NCBI RefSeq assembly: GCF_003790525.1
Contig: NZ_CP033635.1
Length of the DNA stretch: 64,000 nucleotides
Source of the DNA: Escherichia coli
Lineage (GTDB): Bacteria > Pseudomonadota > Gammaproteobacteria > Enterobacterales > Enterobacteriaceae
Strand: one strand, 5' to 3'
Position 1 is the stretch's first letter, and every line of letters begins with the position of its first letter. The notes under the pieces are model-generated. The model saw only the letters and a program-made list of their open reading frames with translations. It was not told the origin of the DNA and ran no database searches. Positions 1-10,892 of this stretch are shown here, one piece after another. A program made the position numbers and the translations under genes.

Positions 1-427
1 TAAATGCCGCTACCATCAGGATATTACTGCTCGACTTATCGACGCTAATCCCCTGCTGCTGCACCGCTTCAGGTAATGAAGGCATAGCGAGCTGCAGTTT
101 ATTTTGCACCTGAACCTGTGCGATATCAGGCGATGTCCCAGTCTCGAAGGTCAGAGTGATGGAGGCATTACCTGCCGCATCGCTGGTTGAAGACATGTAC
201 ATCAGGCCATCAAGCCCATTCATATTTTGCTCAATCACCTGAGTGACCGAGTCTTCTACTGTTTGCGCATCGGCACCCGGATAGGTAGCGCTGATGGTAA
301 TGGTCGGTGGCGCAATCTGCGGATACTGCGCAACCGGTAAGTTCATGATCGCCAGACCACCTGCAAGCATCATAATAATGGCAAGTACCCAGGCAAAAAC
401 CGGGCGATCAATAAAATAGTTAGCCAT
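1..427 (-). CDS. mdtF: RND multidrug efflux permease MdtF, N-terminal part (gene continues past window start)
   Basis: Minus-strand ATG at 427 reads [20 protein letters not shown]..., an RND transporter N-terminus; directly downstream of mdtE as in the gadE-mdtEF operon; truncated by window edge. Confidence 0.85.
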   Translation of the reverse strand, partial: MANYFIDRPVFAWVLAIIMMLAGGLAIMNLPVAQYPQIAPPTITISATYPGADAQTVEDSVTQVIEQNMNGLDGLMYMSSTSDAAGNASITLTFETGTSPDIAQVQVQNKLQLAMPSLPEAVQQQGISVDKSSSNILMVAAF

Positions 428-451
428 GAAAGTCCCCTTAAGCCTGCAACG

Positions 452-1609
452 TTATTGTTTCGATTCGGTGCTGGCGTTTTCCTGGCTGGAGGAAATTGCT
501 CGTGCTTTGATACCCGGACGAATGCGTTGCAAACCGGAAACGATCACCCGATCGCCGGCCTGCAAGCCAGAGGTGACAACCCACTGGTCGCCGATGGCTT
601 TGCTGGCTTCAATTTCGCGTAGCTGCACGACATCGTCTTTATCCAGAATGAGTGCCGTTGCTTTACCCTGGGCGTTGTGGGTGACGCCTTCCTGCGGCAC
701 CAGTAATACATTCTGGCGGCTACCTTCATCCACTAATGCCGTGACATACATGCCAGGCAGCAAGTCACCATTTGGGTTGGGGAAAATCGCCCGTAACGTC
801 ACGGAGCCCGTGGTTTCATCTACCGTTGGGTCGGAGAATTTCAGCGTGCCAGTCTGGCTGTAACGTTTACCATTTTCCAGATTGAGCTGTACTGGCGTAC
901 TGCCCTGAACCTGTTTGATTTGCCCACTGGCGACCTCTTCTTTCATGCGCAAGAAATCCTGCACCGACTGCGTGAGATCGACATAAATCGGGTCCAGACG
1001 TTGTACGGTAACCAGCGAATCTGCCTGATTAGCGGTAACGAGTGCGCCGACGGTCACCGACGATTTCCCGCTGACGCCCGTAATCGGCGAGGTGACATTT
1101 GCGTATTGCAGGTTGATAGTCGCCTGTTCAACAGCCGCTTTGGCGACGGTGACATTGGCTTCTGCTTCATTCAACTGGGTGCGCGCGGTGTCGTAATCCT
1201 GACGGCTAACGTAGTTGGTCTTCAGCAACGATGCCTGGCGGTTAAAGGTGATGCGGGCATTGCTGGCGGTAGAGAGCGCTTTCGCCAGCGAACCTTTGGC
1301 GGAGTTCAGCTCTGCCTGTAAAGGCGCAGGATCAATCTGATACAGCGAATCGCCCTGGTTCACTTTATCGCCTTCGATAAAGTTGCGTTTAATGATAATA
1401 CCGCCCACCTGGGGACGTATCTCGGCAACTTCATAAGGAACGGTTCTACCGGGCAATTCGCTCAACACATTGACCGAACCGGGGGAGAGTGTGACGACAC
1501 CGACCTCAGGCGTCATGGCGGCGGCGTTTTCCGCCGATTTGTCATCGCAGGCGGTGAGCATCGCGCCGCAGAATAACAACGGTATTAACAGTTTTCTTCT
1601 TCTGTTCAT
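452..1609 (-). CDS. mdtE: multidrug efflux membrane fusion protein MdtE
   Basis: 385-aa ORF, lipoprotein-type signal (LLFCGAMLTAC), periplasmic adaptor sequence recognised as MdtE; followed by mdtF. Confidence 0.93.
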   Translation of the reverse strand: MNRRRKLLIPLLFCGAMLTACDDKSAENAAAMTPEVGVVTLSPGSVNVLSELPGRTVPYEVAEIRPQVGGIIIKRNFIEGDKVNQGDSLYQIDPAPLQAELNSAKGSLAKALSTASNARITFNRQASLLKTNYVSRQDYDTARTQLNEAEANVTVAKAAVEQATINLQYANVTSPITGVSGKSSVTVGALVTANQADSLVTVQRLDPIYVDLTQSVQDFLRMKEEVASGQIKQVQGSTPVQLNLENGKRYSQTGTLKFSDPTVDETTGSVTLRAIFPNPNGDLLPGMYVTALVDEGSRQNVLLVPQEGVTHNAQGKATALILDKDDVVQLREIEASKAIGDQWVVTSGLQAGDRVIVSGLQRIRPGIKARAISSSQENASTESKQ

Positions 1610-1947
1610 TTTAGTCCCTGAAAATTCTTGAGAAATAACGGTTCTTTAAATTGCGCGCGAGGAGAGATATGAGGGATTTACAGACCAGCGGCATAGTGGG
1701 GTTGTCAGCCAGTAAGATGGGATGCAAGCACAATGATCGACATGGTGAGGTCAACGACAAAAAAAATGTTGCCGTTCTGCCAACAGTTTCTGCCAGCATT
1801 CGGGCAACGAAGGGTTCTACTGGTGGATACACATACCAGGGGAATAAAGTCGTTTTCGTCTCTCCTTCAATAATCACCGGGGGTATTGAAATCAGCATCT
1901 GCATCCCTCGTCATGCCAGCCATCAATTTCAGTTGCTTATGTCCTTA

Positions 1948-2475
1948 CTAAAAATAAGATGTGATACCCAGGGTGACGATGTCGCTCATACGTCTTAATT
2001 TCAGCTTGTACATAATGTTGAATTTCTGAATCTTTAATGTTTGTTGCGAAATGTTGAGCGTTGACGTGATATTGCTTTCATTTTTGTTTTTCAGAATCAG
2101 TTGCATAATTTTGAACTGATTATGTGAAAAACATAGTTGTGAATTCTTATGGGGCAAGTGTTTACCATAAGTAATCTCAAGAAGATTTTTGATACTTTCT
2201 TTACGGCTGACAAAATAAATAGGCGCTTTAGCTTTTAGTTTACTGATGTGATAAGGTGCCAAAACAATAATTCTCTCGGCATCTAATTTCTCCAGAAATT
2301 TAATCGCTTCTTCATCAAGGATATGATTGTGATAGGTATCAATGATAACCTTGAAGGGTTTATTGCCTACTTTTTTGATCTCTGACAGGGAATTGATTTT
2401 TATCATTTCGTGATTATCTTTCAACTGCCAAAAGCCCTGTAAAAGAAAAGAATCTTTCGTCATGAGAAAAATCAT
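1948..2475 (-). CDS. gadE: acid-resistance LuxR-family transcriptional activator GadE
   Basis: ORF track gives 201 aa; the recognised GadE begins at internal MIFLMTKDSFLLQGFWQ (ATG at 2475, 175 aa); C-terminal LuxR HTH. Confidence 0.9.
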   Translation of the reverse strand: MIFLMTKDSFLLQGFWQLKDNHEMIKINSLSEIKKVGNKPFKVIIDTYHNHILDEEAIKFLEKLDAERIIVLAPYHISKLKAKAPIYFVSRKESIKNLLEITYGKHLPHKNSQLCFSHNQFKIMQLILKNKNESNITSTLNISQQTLKIQKFNIMYKLKLRRMSDIVTLGITSYF

Positions 2476-3272
2476 AACTTGCTCCTTAGCCGTTATCGTT
2501 TCGAACATGTCATCCTTTTCATTATTTACATCCTTGTCCGAATCGTTGTTCAATATAGTAAACGCCTATAAGAACTTTGCCCTTCGTGAACTAATACGTC
2601 TATTAACACTAATCAATACTTCAGATTTATCCATCACGCACTCCATATATTGATCCTAAGTAAAATTCCTGGTTGTTATCAATTTGTAAATGATAAACAA
2701 AAAGTTAACGTTTGCGGATTACTGCCCAAGAATAAGTTATCAATAACCAGTTTGTGATCTCTGAAGAATATTACTAAAGTTAAAATGTAATCCGATTTAA
2801 ATATCGAGTCTCCTTGTTTCGACTTAGGCTGGCAATTGGATTGCCAGCTTTCTTTTAACGCATTGAAATTACCTGAGTAAATAACTCATTCATGTCTTCA
2901 GGTTTTTATATAGCGTCTGGAGACACGGATATTTATGCAATGTAATCAACGCCAGCTGCAAAAAAATGAACCCGGATTACTTATTTAACCGCCTATAGCA
3001 TCAACGCTTACAGAACTCTTTGTTCACTTTCCCACAGCACTTTTAAAACATTAAACCTGACCACGGAAAATATCAGCCATGATAATGTTTGAAATGGCTA
3101 ATTTGCCATGGAATGAAAAAATCAGATTAAATTCAGTAGGTTGAAATAATCAACAGCAGGCAATTGTTTCAATGATAGTGCGTAATTGAACTGAAACACT
3201 GTATAGCTAAGAGAGTATTAACTGGATCATAGTCACTTAATGTGACTATGATCCAGGTGGAAATAGGGATAA
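2476..3272 (-). promoter_or_regulatory. long AT-rich gadE upstream control region (multiple promoters and activator sites expected)
   Basis: About 800 bp without credible ORFs between hdeD stop and gadE start; very AT-rich; known from E. coli literature as the multi-promoter gadE regulatory region. Confidence 0.5.
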
Positions 3273-3845
3273 TTATTGCTTTTTAACGAACAAACTGGCG
3301 AAGCTGAACAGACTGGCGGCGCTAAATATCAGTTCAATTCCCACCAGTGTGGAAACCAGCGTTACCGACACCATCGGCGTAGCACCAAGGAATATCCAGG
3401 CAATGACGATATCCAGCACACCAATAACGAGCTGTAGCCAACTGCCTTTCATTGAACGCTGACGATACCAACTCATCAGGCGAATAACCCCTGCCACACA
3501 GAACAAACCGGCAATAAATGCCGCAATGGCAAAAATGCCCAGCTCTGGTGCGCGGATGAAGAAATAGCCGATCAATAAATAGGCGACTGCGACGAGGAAA
3601 CCGGATAATACCGGCCAGAAATTATGACTGCGGTTGCTGAATAACCCGACAATAAGCGCAATACCCGAGCAGATTAATAATGCACCCACTACTGTGCTTA
3701 AAATATCGCCAGAGACGAACGGAAAACTGATACACAGCAACCCGACGATAAACAGCAGCACGGCAATAAACTGGATTGCTCTGCGATGTTTTTTAAGCAT
3801 CTCCAGATCAAACTTCAAAATTGTTGCCTTATCTATATATAACAT
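3273..3845 (-). CDS. hdeD: acid-resistance inner membrane protein HdeD
   Basis: 190-aa hydrophobic ORF recognised as HdeD; divergent from hdeAB. Confidence 0.92.
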   Translation of the reverse strand: MLYIDKATILKFDLEMLKKHRRAIQFIAVLLFIVGLLCISFPFVSGDILSTVVGALLICSGIALIVGLFSNRSHNFWPVLSGFLVAVAYLLIGYFFIRAPELGIFAIAAFIAGLFCVAGVIRLMSWYRQRSMKGSWLQLVIGVLDIVIAWIFLGATPMVSVTLVSTLVGIELIFSAASLFSFASLFVKKQ

Positions 3846-4099
3846 AGAACCACCCTATAAAATTAAGAAGAAAATCCCCTGCTATCAATCTATGCCAAAA
3901 ACGCGTGTAAGAATGCAGTCGATTTAATAAAAATTTCCTAATTACAGTATCTGATGCATCTGTAACTCATTGTATTGAAATAAAAATATCTGATTTTGAT
4001 ATTTTCCATCAACATGACATATACAGAAAACCAGGTTATAACCTCAGTGTCGAAATTGATTCGTGACGGCTCTTTCACTTTATAGTTGAGGATATTACG
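3846..4099. promoter_or_regulatory. divergent hdeD / hdeAB promoter region
   Basis: 254-bp AT-rich gap between divergently oriented hdeD and hdeA; position only, no motif verified. Confidence 0.4.
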
Positions 4100-4432
4100 A
4101 TGAAAAAAGTATTAGGCGTTATTCTTGGTGGTCTGCTTCTTCTGCCAGTAGTGAGCAGTGCAGCGGATGCACAAAAAGCAGCTGATAACAAAAAACCGGT
4201 CAACTCCTGGACCTGTGAAGATTTCCTGGCTGTGGACGAATCCTTCCAGCCAACTGCAGTTGGTTTTGCTGAAGCACTGAACAACAAAGATAAACCAGAA
4301 GATGCGGTTTTAGATGTTCAGGGTATTGCAACCGTAACCCCAGCTATCGTTCAGGCTTGTACTCAGGATAAAAAAGCCAGCTTTAAAGATAAAGTTAAAG
4401 GCGAATGGGACAAAATTAAGAAAGATATGTAA
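4100..4432 (+). CDS. hdeA: periplasmic acid-stress chaperone HdeA
   Basis: 110-aa ORF with signal peptide MKKVLGVILGGLLLLPVVSSA, sequence recognised as HdeA. Confidence 0.95.
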   Translation: MKKVLGVILGGLLLLPVVSSAADAQKAADNKKPVNSWTCEDFLAVDESFQPTAVGFAEALNNKDKPEDAVLDVQGIATVTPAIVQACTQDKKASFKDKVKGEWDKIKKDM

Positions 4433-4547
4433 TTCCGGGAATGCGTTACATCGTATTTCCTTGCATATTGAACAGGCCGGAATATCTTCTTTAAAAGCAG
4501 CTATTCCTCCTGTTTGTATATAATCTCTATATTGAATGGGTTACAAA

Positions 4548-4874
4548 ATGAACATTGCATCTCTCCGTAAAGCGTTTATTTTTATGGGCGCTGTAGCGGC
4601 TTTGTCACTGGTGAACGCACAATCTGCGCTGGCAGCCAATGAATCCGCTAAAGATATGACCTGCCAGGAATTTATTGATCTGAATCCAAAAGCAATGACA
4701 CCAGTTGCGTGGTGGATGCTGCATGAAGAAACAGTATATAAAGGTGGCGATACCGTTACTTTAAATGAAACCGATCTCACTCAAATTCCTAAAGTGATCG
4801 AATACTGCAAGAAAAACCCGCAGAAAAATTTGTATACCTTCAAAAATCAAGCATCTAATGACTTGCCGAATTAA
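4548..4874 (+). CDS. hdeB: periplasmic acid-stress chaperone HdeB
   Basis: ORF track starts at 4536; recognised HdeB starts at MNIASLRKAFIF (ATG 4548, 108 aa), signal peptide then mature chaperone. Confidence 0.9.
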   Translation: MNIASLRKAFIFMGAVAALSLVNAQSALAANESAKDMTCQEFIDLNPKAMTPVAWWMLHEETVYKGGDTVTLNETDLTQIPKVIEYCKKNPQKNLYTFKNQASNDLPN

Positions 4875-4937
4875 TAAGGTACAAGTAAAAAGGAGTAGCA
4901 AGTTGAGCCATCTTGCTGCTCCTTTTTGCATTTTTAT

Positions 4938-5585
4938 ATGACAGCAGAATTTATTATACGTCTTATACTCGCGGCAATTGCCTGTGGCGCTATTGGCATG
5001 GAAAGGCAAATGCGCGGCAAAGGAGCAGGGTTACGCACACATGTATTAATTGGCATGGGAAGCGCCCTGTTTATGATTGTTTCGAAATATGGTTTTGCTG
5101 ACGTGCTGTCTTTAGATCACGTCGGACTGGACCCCAGCCGTATTGCTGCTCAGGTGGTGACGGGCGTCGGGTTTATCGGTGCAGGTAACATTCTCGTTCG
5201 TAACCAAAATATTGTAGGTCTGACGACGGCAGCGGATATCTGGGTGACCGCCGCCATTGGTATGGTTATTGGCAGCGGTATGTACGAACTGGGTATTTAT
5301 GGTTCAGTGATGACCTTGCTGGTGCTGGAAGTCTTCCATCAATTAACCTTCCGCCTGATGAACAAAAATTACCATTTACAGCTGACATTAGTGAACGGTA
5401 ATACGGTATCAATGCTCGACTGGTTTAAGCAGCAAAAAATAAAAACGGATTTAGTTTCGTTGCAGGAAAATGAAGATCATGAAGTGGTCGCCATTGATAT
5501 CCAGCTTCATGCCACAACGTCGATAGAAGATCTGTTGCGATTATTAAAAGGTATGGCAGGGGTGAAAGGCGTTTCAATTAGCTAA
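4938..5585 (+). CDS. yhiD: MgtC-family inner membrane protein YhiD
   Basis: 215 aa from ATG 4938 (MTAEFIIRLILAAIACGAIGMERQ), MgtC/SapB-type membrane domain. Confidence 0.9.
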   Translation: MTAEFIIRLILAAIACGAIGMERQMRGKGAGLRTHVLIGMGSALFMIVSKYGFADVLSLDHVGLDPSRIAAQVVTGVGFIGAGNILVRNQNIVGLTTAADIWVTAAIGMVIGSGMYELGIYGSVMTLLVLEVFHQLTFRLMNKNYHLQLTLVNGNTVSMLDWFKQQKIKTDLVSLQENEDHEVVAIDIQLHATTSIEDLLRLLKGMAGVKGVSIS

Positions 5586-5636
5586 TCTGTATAGTTATTT
5601 ATTCGCAGGAGTACCAGTGCGGTACTCCTGTTGGTT

Positions 5637-6407
5637 TTAATGATCGAGGACGATCAGTGGTGAATGGTTGGCAGGATCTTTAAGTACGGTAATATCCGCG
5701 CCGTAGAGCATTGTCAGCGCCTGCTGTGTCAATACGTCCTGCGGCTTACCATTTGCGATAACCTTTCCTTTTTGCATTAATACAACACGGTCTGCATAAC
5801 GCGCGGCAAGATTTAGATCGTGCAATACGCAGCAAACATTGAACTGCCGTTCGTGAACTAACTGGCGTAATAAACGAAACAAGTGCTGCTGATGGTGAAT
5901 ATCCAGCGCCGAAGTTGGTTCATCAAGAAATAACCATTTCGGTGAGGGAGTAGGTTCCCAGAGTTGCACCAGCAGGCGCGCTAATTGCACGCGCTGTTGT
6001 TCACCACCGGATAATTGCCGATAGTCGCGGTTTGCTAACGCCTGACAGTCACATAACGCTATTATTTGTGCTGTTTCATTATCCTGATTACCAGTACGAT
6101 GCGGATGCCGCCCCATCTGGATAACTTCTTGTACGCTGAATGGAAACGCCATGTGGCTATTTTGACGCATCACGGCCCGGTGTTTCGCCAGTTCAGTAAT
6201 CGACCATTCATTTAATGGCTTATTAAACAACCGACATTCGCCGCTATCAGGTTGAAGATAGCCGGTTAGCTGGCGAAGCAGCGTAGATTTTCCCGCACCA
6301 TTAGGGCCGAGGATGGCAACAATTTCCCCACCGGGAAAAGTCAGCGAGACATTATCAGTCAGACGCCGCCCCTGAAGGCTATAAACCAGATTCTGGGCGC
6401 TGATCAT
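5637..6407 (-). CDS. chuV: haemin ABC transporter ATP-binding protein ChuV/HmuV
   Basis: Walker [10 protein letters not shown], signature LSGGEQQR, Walker [12 protein letters not shown]; start taken at internal ATG 6407 ([11 protein letters not shown]), which overlaps the chuU stop by 4 nt (ATGA); the 307-aa track ORF is an upstream extension. Confidence 0.88.
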   Translation of the reverse strand: MISAQNLVYSLQGRRLTDNVSLTFPGGEIVAILGPNGAGKSTLLRQLTGYLQPDSGECRLFNKPLNEWSITELAKHRAVMRQNSHMAFPFSVQEVIQMGRHPHRTGNQDNETAQIIALCDCQALANRDYRQLSGGEQQRVQLARLLVQLWEPTPSPKWLFLDEPTSALDIHHQQHLFRLLRQLVHERQFNVCCVLHDLNLAARYADRVVLMQKGKVIANGKPQDVLTQQALTMLYGADITVLKDPANHSPLIVLDH

Positions 6408-7396
6408 GTGATCCTCCGGTTGCGCAGAATCAACCACATAAAATAAGGGCCACCAAGCAGGCTGGTTAATAATCCCACGGGCATTTCTGCTGGCTGTACC
6501 AGCGTGCGGGCAAGCGTGTCTGCCATCAGCAATAAACAGGCTCCGGCGAGGGCGGAACAAGGGATTAGCCAGCGGTGATTTGCCCCGGTAGTCATGCGAA
6601 TCAGATGCGGGATCACCAGGCCAATAAAGCCGATAATGCCGCTTACCGATACGGCGGCACCAACGAGCAGTGAGCTCACTAACAGTAATTGCTGGCGTTT
6701 ACGCTTAACGTTCACGCCGAGGTAGTGGGCTTCTTCATCACCGAGCTGCAGTAAATTCAGCGTTCCGGCGAGACAAGTTGTTGCGATAATGGCCGGTAGG
6801 ATGAATGAACTGGCAACCAATAACGTCGGCCATTGCGCCTGTCCAAGATTGCCCATCATCCACAATGTGAGTTGTCGTAGCTGCTGCTCATCGCCGATAT
6901 AGCTCAGGATGCCGATCGCTGCGCCGCACAGGGCATTGATGGCGATACCGGCGAGTAATAATTGCATCATGCTGCCATCGCGATGGCGCTGCGTGATGAG
7001 AAAAATGATGGTGCAGACCACTAAACTTCCGGCAATGGCAAACACCATTTGCTCATAGAGCACCAGCACCACTGGGAAGGAGAAGGGCAGCACAATAGCA
7101 ACGCCAACCATTAATGCAGAACCGCTACTGACGCCAAGTAATCCAGGGTCAGCCATTGGGTTGCGAAAAAGCCCTTGCATAATTACCCCTGCGGTTGCCA
7201 ACGCTGCACCTACCAGCACCGCCAGCAAAACCCTTGGTAGACGAATATTGAGCCAGATATCGCGGTATTCCTCATCAAAAAGGGCATCAAAACTGATCTT
7301 TAACGCTCCCTGACTGGCACCAAACAGCACCAGAGCGAGCAATAATAGTGATAGCCCCATAAAGACCCTGGCGGAAGAGAGTGAATCCTTGAGCAC
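6404..7396 (-). CDS. chuU: haemin ABC transporter permease ChuU
   Basis: 330-aa polytopic membrane ORF of FecCD/BtuC type, between chuY and chuV. Confidence 0.88.
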   Translation of the reverse strand: MLKDSLSSARVFMGLSLLLLALVLFGASQGALKISFDALFDEEYRDIWLNIRLPRVLLAVLVGAALATAGVIMQGLFRNPMADPGLLGVSSGSALMVGVAIVLPFSFPVVLVLYEQMVFAIAGSLVVCTIIFLITQRHRDGSMMQLLLAGIAINALCGAAIGILSYIGDEQQLRQLTLWMMGNLGQAQWPTLLVASSFILPAIIATTCLAGTLNLLQLGDEEAHYLGVNVKRKRQQLLLVSSLLVGAAVSVSGIIGFIGLVIPHLIRMTTGANHRWLIPCSALAGACLLLMADTLARTLVQPAEMPVGLLTSLLGGPYFMWLILRNRRIT

Positions 7397-7444
7397 GCAA
7401 AACTCCGTTACGACATTACGGCGCGGACATACCGCGCCGGGGGA

Positions 7445-8068
7445 TCACGCCGGTTTCAGGTCCGGTTCAATCAGACTGTAGACCTGCTGGTTAAGTGCTG
7501 GCGCATTTGCCAGTTCATGGATATGTGCGGCGACATCGGCACGGTGAACAAAACCATGACACTCCTGATTTTGTATCCGTTGTGCTTTGCCCGTTGCCGC
7601 CCCATCAAGCAGACCGCCAGGGCGGAGAATGGCATAATCAAGCTGGCTGGTTTGCAACCAGCTTTCCGCCAGCGTTTTTTCCCGTACCGCCTGACCAAAC
7701 GCAGCCTTTGCCCGCTCTGATAAAAACGGCCAGCTATCGCCGCATCCCAAAGAGGTCACCAGAATCATGCGACTGATGCCAGCCTTCTCGGCCTCGTCAA
7801 TCACTGTTCTGTGCGCCAGATAATCCTGAGCTCCGCCCATTGTTGAGATGATAAGCGCATCCGGGCCAGCTGCGCGGCAAGCAGCCGCGACTACGCTGGC
7901 ATCACAGGCGTCGCCTGTAAAAACCTGTACGCCTTGTTGCGCCAGTTTCGTGGCGGCATCAGCATGACGAATGACAGCAACGACCGGACGTTGTTCCGCC
8001 AGCGCCAGTTCAAGCGTTCTGGCACCCACACCTTTTCCGCCTGCGCCAAAGAGTAGCCACGGCGTCAT
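7445..8068 (-). CDS. chuY: ChuY, NAD(P)-binding protein of the haem utilisation operon
   Basis: 207-aa ORF with N-terminal Rossmann-like glycine motif (FGAGGKGVGA); position between chuX and chuU. Confidence 0.8.
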   Translation of the reverse strand: MTPWLLFGAGGKGVGARTLELALAEQRPVVAVIRHADAATKLAQQGVQVFTGDACDASVVAAACRAAGPDALIISTMGGAQDYLAHRTVIDEAEKAGISRMILVTSLGCGDSWPFLSERAKAAFGQAVREKTLAESWLQTSQLDYAILRPGGLLDGAATGKAQRIQNQECHGFVHRADVAAHIHELANAPALNQQVYSLIEPDLKPA

Positions 8069-8562
8069 CAGGCGTGTTCCTTTAACGATGCTTCCAGAGC
8101 ATGGAAGGCGCTGACCTGTTCGCTCAGGAGCTGACGATGGTCATCCCTGCCGAGGAAGATTTTCAGCATTGCGCTGCCTTCTTTGTTGAAAAAGAGAATG
8201 GATGCGGTGTCCATGCCCATAAATTTACGTTCGATCAAGGCAATATGTGTGCAGTTTTCTGCTTTGATATGCCCGGACATGCCGTGCTTTCCGCGTAGGT
8301 TGAAATAGCCGTGGCGGTGGAAACCCGAAGGCAGTTCGCCGCTAAATTCGAGGATGACATCGGCAGTATGTACTAACGTGGTGACGTTGCCCCATTCGCA
8401 GACGGTATCCCAGACAGTATCGAATTTATCGCCTGACACTATGGTAGAGGAGGGCAGATTTTTCACTACTTCCAGCAGCGTGGTGTTGTATTGTTCGGCT
8501 ACCACCTCCAGCGTACCGTCCGGCTCCGTTTTCAAAAATTCTTGTAACGAGACATGGCTCAT
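8068..8562 (-). CDS. chuX: ChuX, haem utilisation / haem-binding protein
   Basis: 164-aa ORF in conserved position between chuW and chuY; 1-nt stop/start overlap with chuY. Confidence 0.8.
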   Translation of the reverse strand: MSHVSLQEFLKTEPDGTLEVVAEQYNTTLLEVVKNLPSSTIVSGDKFDTVWDTVCEWGNVTTLVHTADVILEFSGELPSGFHRHGYFNLRGKHGMSGHIKAENCTHIALIERKFMGMDTASILFFNKEGSAMLKIFLGRDDHRQLLSEQVSAFHALEASLKEHA

Positions 8563-8574
8563 AAATCACTCCTG

Positions 8575-9912
8575 TTATGGTTTTTCACGCACAATCGCTG
8601 GCGCATTAAGTACCTGAATTAGTTCATTAAGAGACTGCAAAATATTGCTTGCCCAGAAACGACCTTCATTAGTCAGCCGCAGGCAAGTTGACGCATCGCG
8701 GCTTAAGCCTTTTTGGTGCCATTGAGCCAGTAACGGCGCGAGTTTTTCGGCATGTGGCGTAAGTTCGTCCAGCGGTACACGCGCTGTTTCAACACCTGAC
8801 TGCAAGGTATGACGCCATTGCGCATCACGTTCGGCGTTACGCATGATCATCATCAGCGGTTTTTTGCCTGCCGCGACGGATTCATGCCAGGTCTGAAGAT
8901 TGCGTTCGTTCATCCAGGAGTAACCATTAATCGAACCACCGGCTCCGGAACCAAAGGCCAGACAATCGGCACCTTGTTTTATCAGCAGGTTATAGAGATT
9001 GCGTTCGCGTGTGGTACGGCCCCAGTGGCTGTTACTGATGCAGCGCCAACCGGCATCGTCCATAAAATCACACCCTTGCAGGTAAAGATCGCGACGTTCT
9101 GCCGGAGAGGGCACGGTAGTACGCCCATTTTCCACGGCTTTGCCCAGCGGTGTATTGGGCAGGACATTGAGCGCATAGAGATCGACGCCGTCGAGACCGA
9201 TATCGCGGGCAATAGCCAGATCTTCTCCCCAGGTTTGCGCATCCTGACCCGGCAGACCAAACAGCAGGTCACAGACCACCGCGGCACGGTCGCGTTTAAC
9301 CAGGCTTTCCATAAACGCAATAGCGGTTGGGCCATCCGAGGTGCGGGCCATTTTCTTGCGGATTTTGCTGTTAAACGACTGAATACCAATTGAGAAGCGG
9401 TTTGCTCCAGCATCAAGGCAAGCATCGATTCGCTCAGCGTCAAAATTCAGTACCCGGCCTTCGATAGTGATTTCACAATCAGGGGCCAGTGGCAGCTTTT
9501 CTCGTAATGTGGTGATGATTCTGGCCAAATCGTGTGCCGAAAGCGCGGAAGGCGTACCGCCACCGAAATAGACCGCGTGGATGGGGGCAGACTGATGCAA
9601 TACGCTGTCTGCTTCCAGTTCTATTTCACGAATCAGGGCGTCGGTATAATGAGCACACGCATCTTCATTAAAACGGTTCTGATAAAAACCACAAAACGTG
9701 CAGTGTGTCGCACAAAAAGGAATGTGTAGGTAAACCAGTCGCTTACGTGGTGATACCGTTTGATTGATCATCTCTTGCCAGGTCTGTGCCAGTTGCTCTT
9801 TGGCAACCGGAATGGCCCCACGAAACGGCATCATGGCGCGCCTGTCTTTAAAGGGCTGATCACCGTCTAAAGCAAAATGTGGCGTGAGATCCAGGGTGTT
9901 ATTTGTGTTCAT
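8575..9912 (-). CDS. chuW: ChuW, radical-SAM HemN-like enzyme (anaerobic haem degradation)
   Basis: 445-aa ORF with radical SAM cysteine motif CATHCTFC (CxxxCxxC), HemN-like. Confidence 0.85.
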   Translation of the reverse strand: MNTNNTLDLTPHFALDGDQPFKDRRAMMPFRGAIPVAKEQLAQTWQEMINQTVSPRKRLVYLHIPFCATHCTFCGFYQNRFNEDACAHYTDALIREIELEADSVLHQSAPIHAVYFGGGTPSALSAHDLARIITTLREKLPLAPDCEITIEGRVLNFDAERIDACLDAGANRFSIGIQSFNSKIRKKMARTSDGPTAIAFMESLVKRDRAAVVCDLLFGLPGQDAQTWGEDLAIARDIGLDGVDLYALNVLPNTPLGKAVENGRTTVPSPAERRDLYLQGCDFMDDAGWRCISNSHWGRTTRERNLYNLLIKQGADCLAFGSGAGGSINGYSWMNERNLQTWHESVAAGKKPLMMIMRNAERDAQWRHTLQSGVETARVPLDELTPHAEKLAPLLAQWHQKGLSRDASTCLRLTNEGRFWASNILQSLNELIQVLNAPAIVREKP

Positions 9913-9931
9913 TCGTCTGATTTAAATCCAT

Positions 9932-10846
9932 TTATTGCGGCCAAAGCTGCTGGTGTAAAGACTCAACGACATCAGCAATACGCGGACCCATTCCCAGAAT
10001 CAGGTTTTGATCAACGGTGATAATGCGCTGGTTCTTCCAGGCGGCGGTGTGGGTAATTCCGGCAATAGAACGTAGCCGATTAATATCGCCATCGACCATT
10101 TGTGAGGTGACGACAATCACTTCAGGGTTAGCCGCAATCAGCGATTCCGCGCTGTAGCTTTTGTACTGCTGGTGGGTAGCGACGTTTTCTGCTCCGGCAA
10201 GCGAAAGAATGGCGTCCGCGACGCTGCCTTTACCGGCAACCTGCGGCGCACTTCCGCCTGCGGAGAGAATAAACATGGCTTTAACCGGGGCTTTTTTGGC
10301 CGCCACGTTTTGCTGTACTCGCTCCAGGCGTTGATTGATCTGTGTCACCAGCGCCTCGCCTTGTTCAGGAACCTGTAGCGTTTTTGCCAGTTGGCGAATG
10401 TTGGCGTACATCTGCTCAAGGGTGGCAGGCACACGCGGCAGGGTGACGACGTTGACTTTTTGCGCCCGCAGTTGGTCGAGCACAATTTGCGGTCCTGCAT
10501 CCTGCCAGGTAATTACGCTATCCGGGCGAAGTGACAAAATGCCTTCGCTGCTGAGTTGTTTCCAGTAACCAATATGCGGCAGTCTGGCGGTTTCTGGTGG
10601 ATAAGATGTCGTTTCATCGACACCAACCACGCGTTTGCCAGCGCCCATCGCGTAGATTAGCTCCGTCAGCGATCCTCCTGCGACCACGATACGTTCGGCA
10701 GCCGTTACGCTAAAAGTCCAGCTAAGAGCCAGTAATGCCGTAAACAATTTTTTTCGTTTTACCATGGTCTTCGCGGCAGAGGCCACGGCTGAAATACATA
10801 ACGTCAGTGGGGAAAAAAGAAACGGCCTGGTGATGATCCTTGGCAT
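9932..10846 (-). CDS. chuT: periplasmic haemin-binding protein ChuT
   Basis: Substrate-binding protein ORF; start set at ATG 10846 (MPRIITRPFLF..., 304 aa); ATG 10765 (MVKRKKLFTALLALSW...) is an alternative; the 330-aa track ORF start would overlap the Fur box. Confidence 0.8.
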   Translation of the reverse strand: MPRIITRPFLFSPLTLCISAVASAAKTMVKRKKLFTALLALSWTFSVTAAERIVVAGGSLTELIYAMGAGKRVVGVDETTSYPPETARLPHIGYWKQLSSEGILSLRPDSVITWQDAGPQIVLDQLRAQKVNVVTLPRVPATLEQMYANIRQLAKTLQVPEQGEALVTQINQRLERVQQNVAAKKAPVKAMFILSAGGSAPQVAGKGSVADAILSLAGAENVATHQQYKSYSAESLIAANPEVIVVTSQMVDGDINRLRSIAGITHTAAWKNQRIITVDQNLILGMGPRIADVVESLHQQLWPQ

Positions 10847-10872
10847 AATATGAGAACCCTTATCAAATTGAG

Positions 10873-10892
10873 AATGATCATGATTATCATTT
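10873..10892. promoter_or_regulatory. Fur box in chuT promoter
   Basis: gaatgatcatgattatcatt resembles Fur consensus GATAATGATAATCATTATC; lies 27 bp upstream of the chuT start. Confidence 0.6.

Noticed and set aside
426-863. 145-aa plus-strand ORF
   Set aside because: Antisense to mdtE; no independent support
8809-9393. 194-aa plus-strand ORF
   Set aside because: Entirely inside and antisense to chuW (radical-SAM gene with clear motifs)
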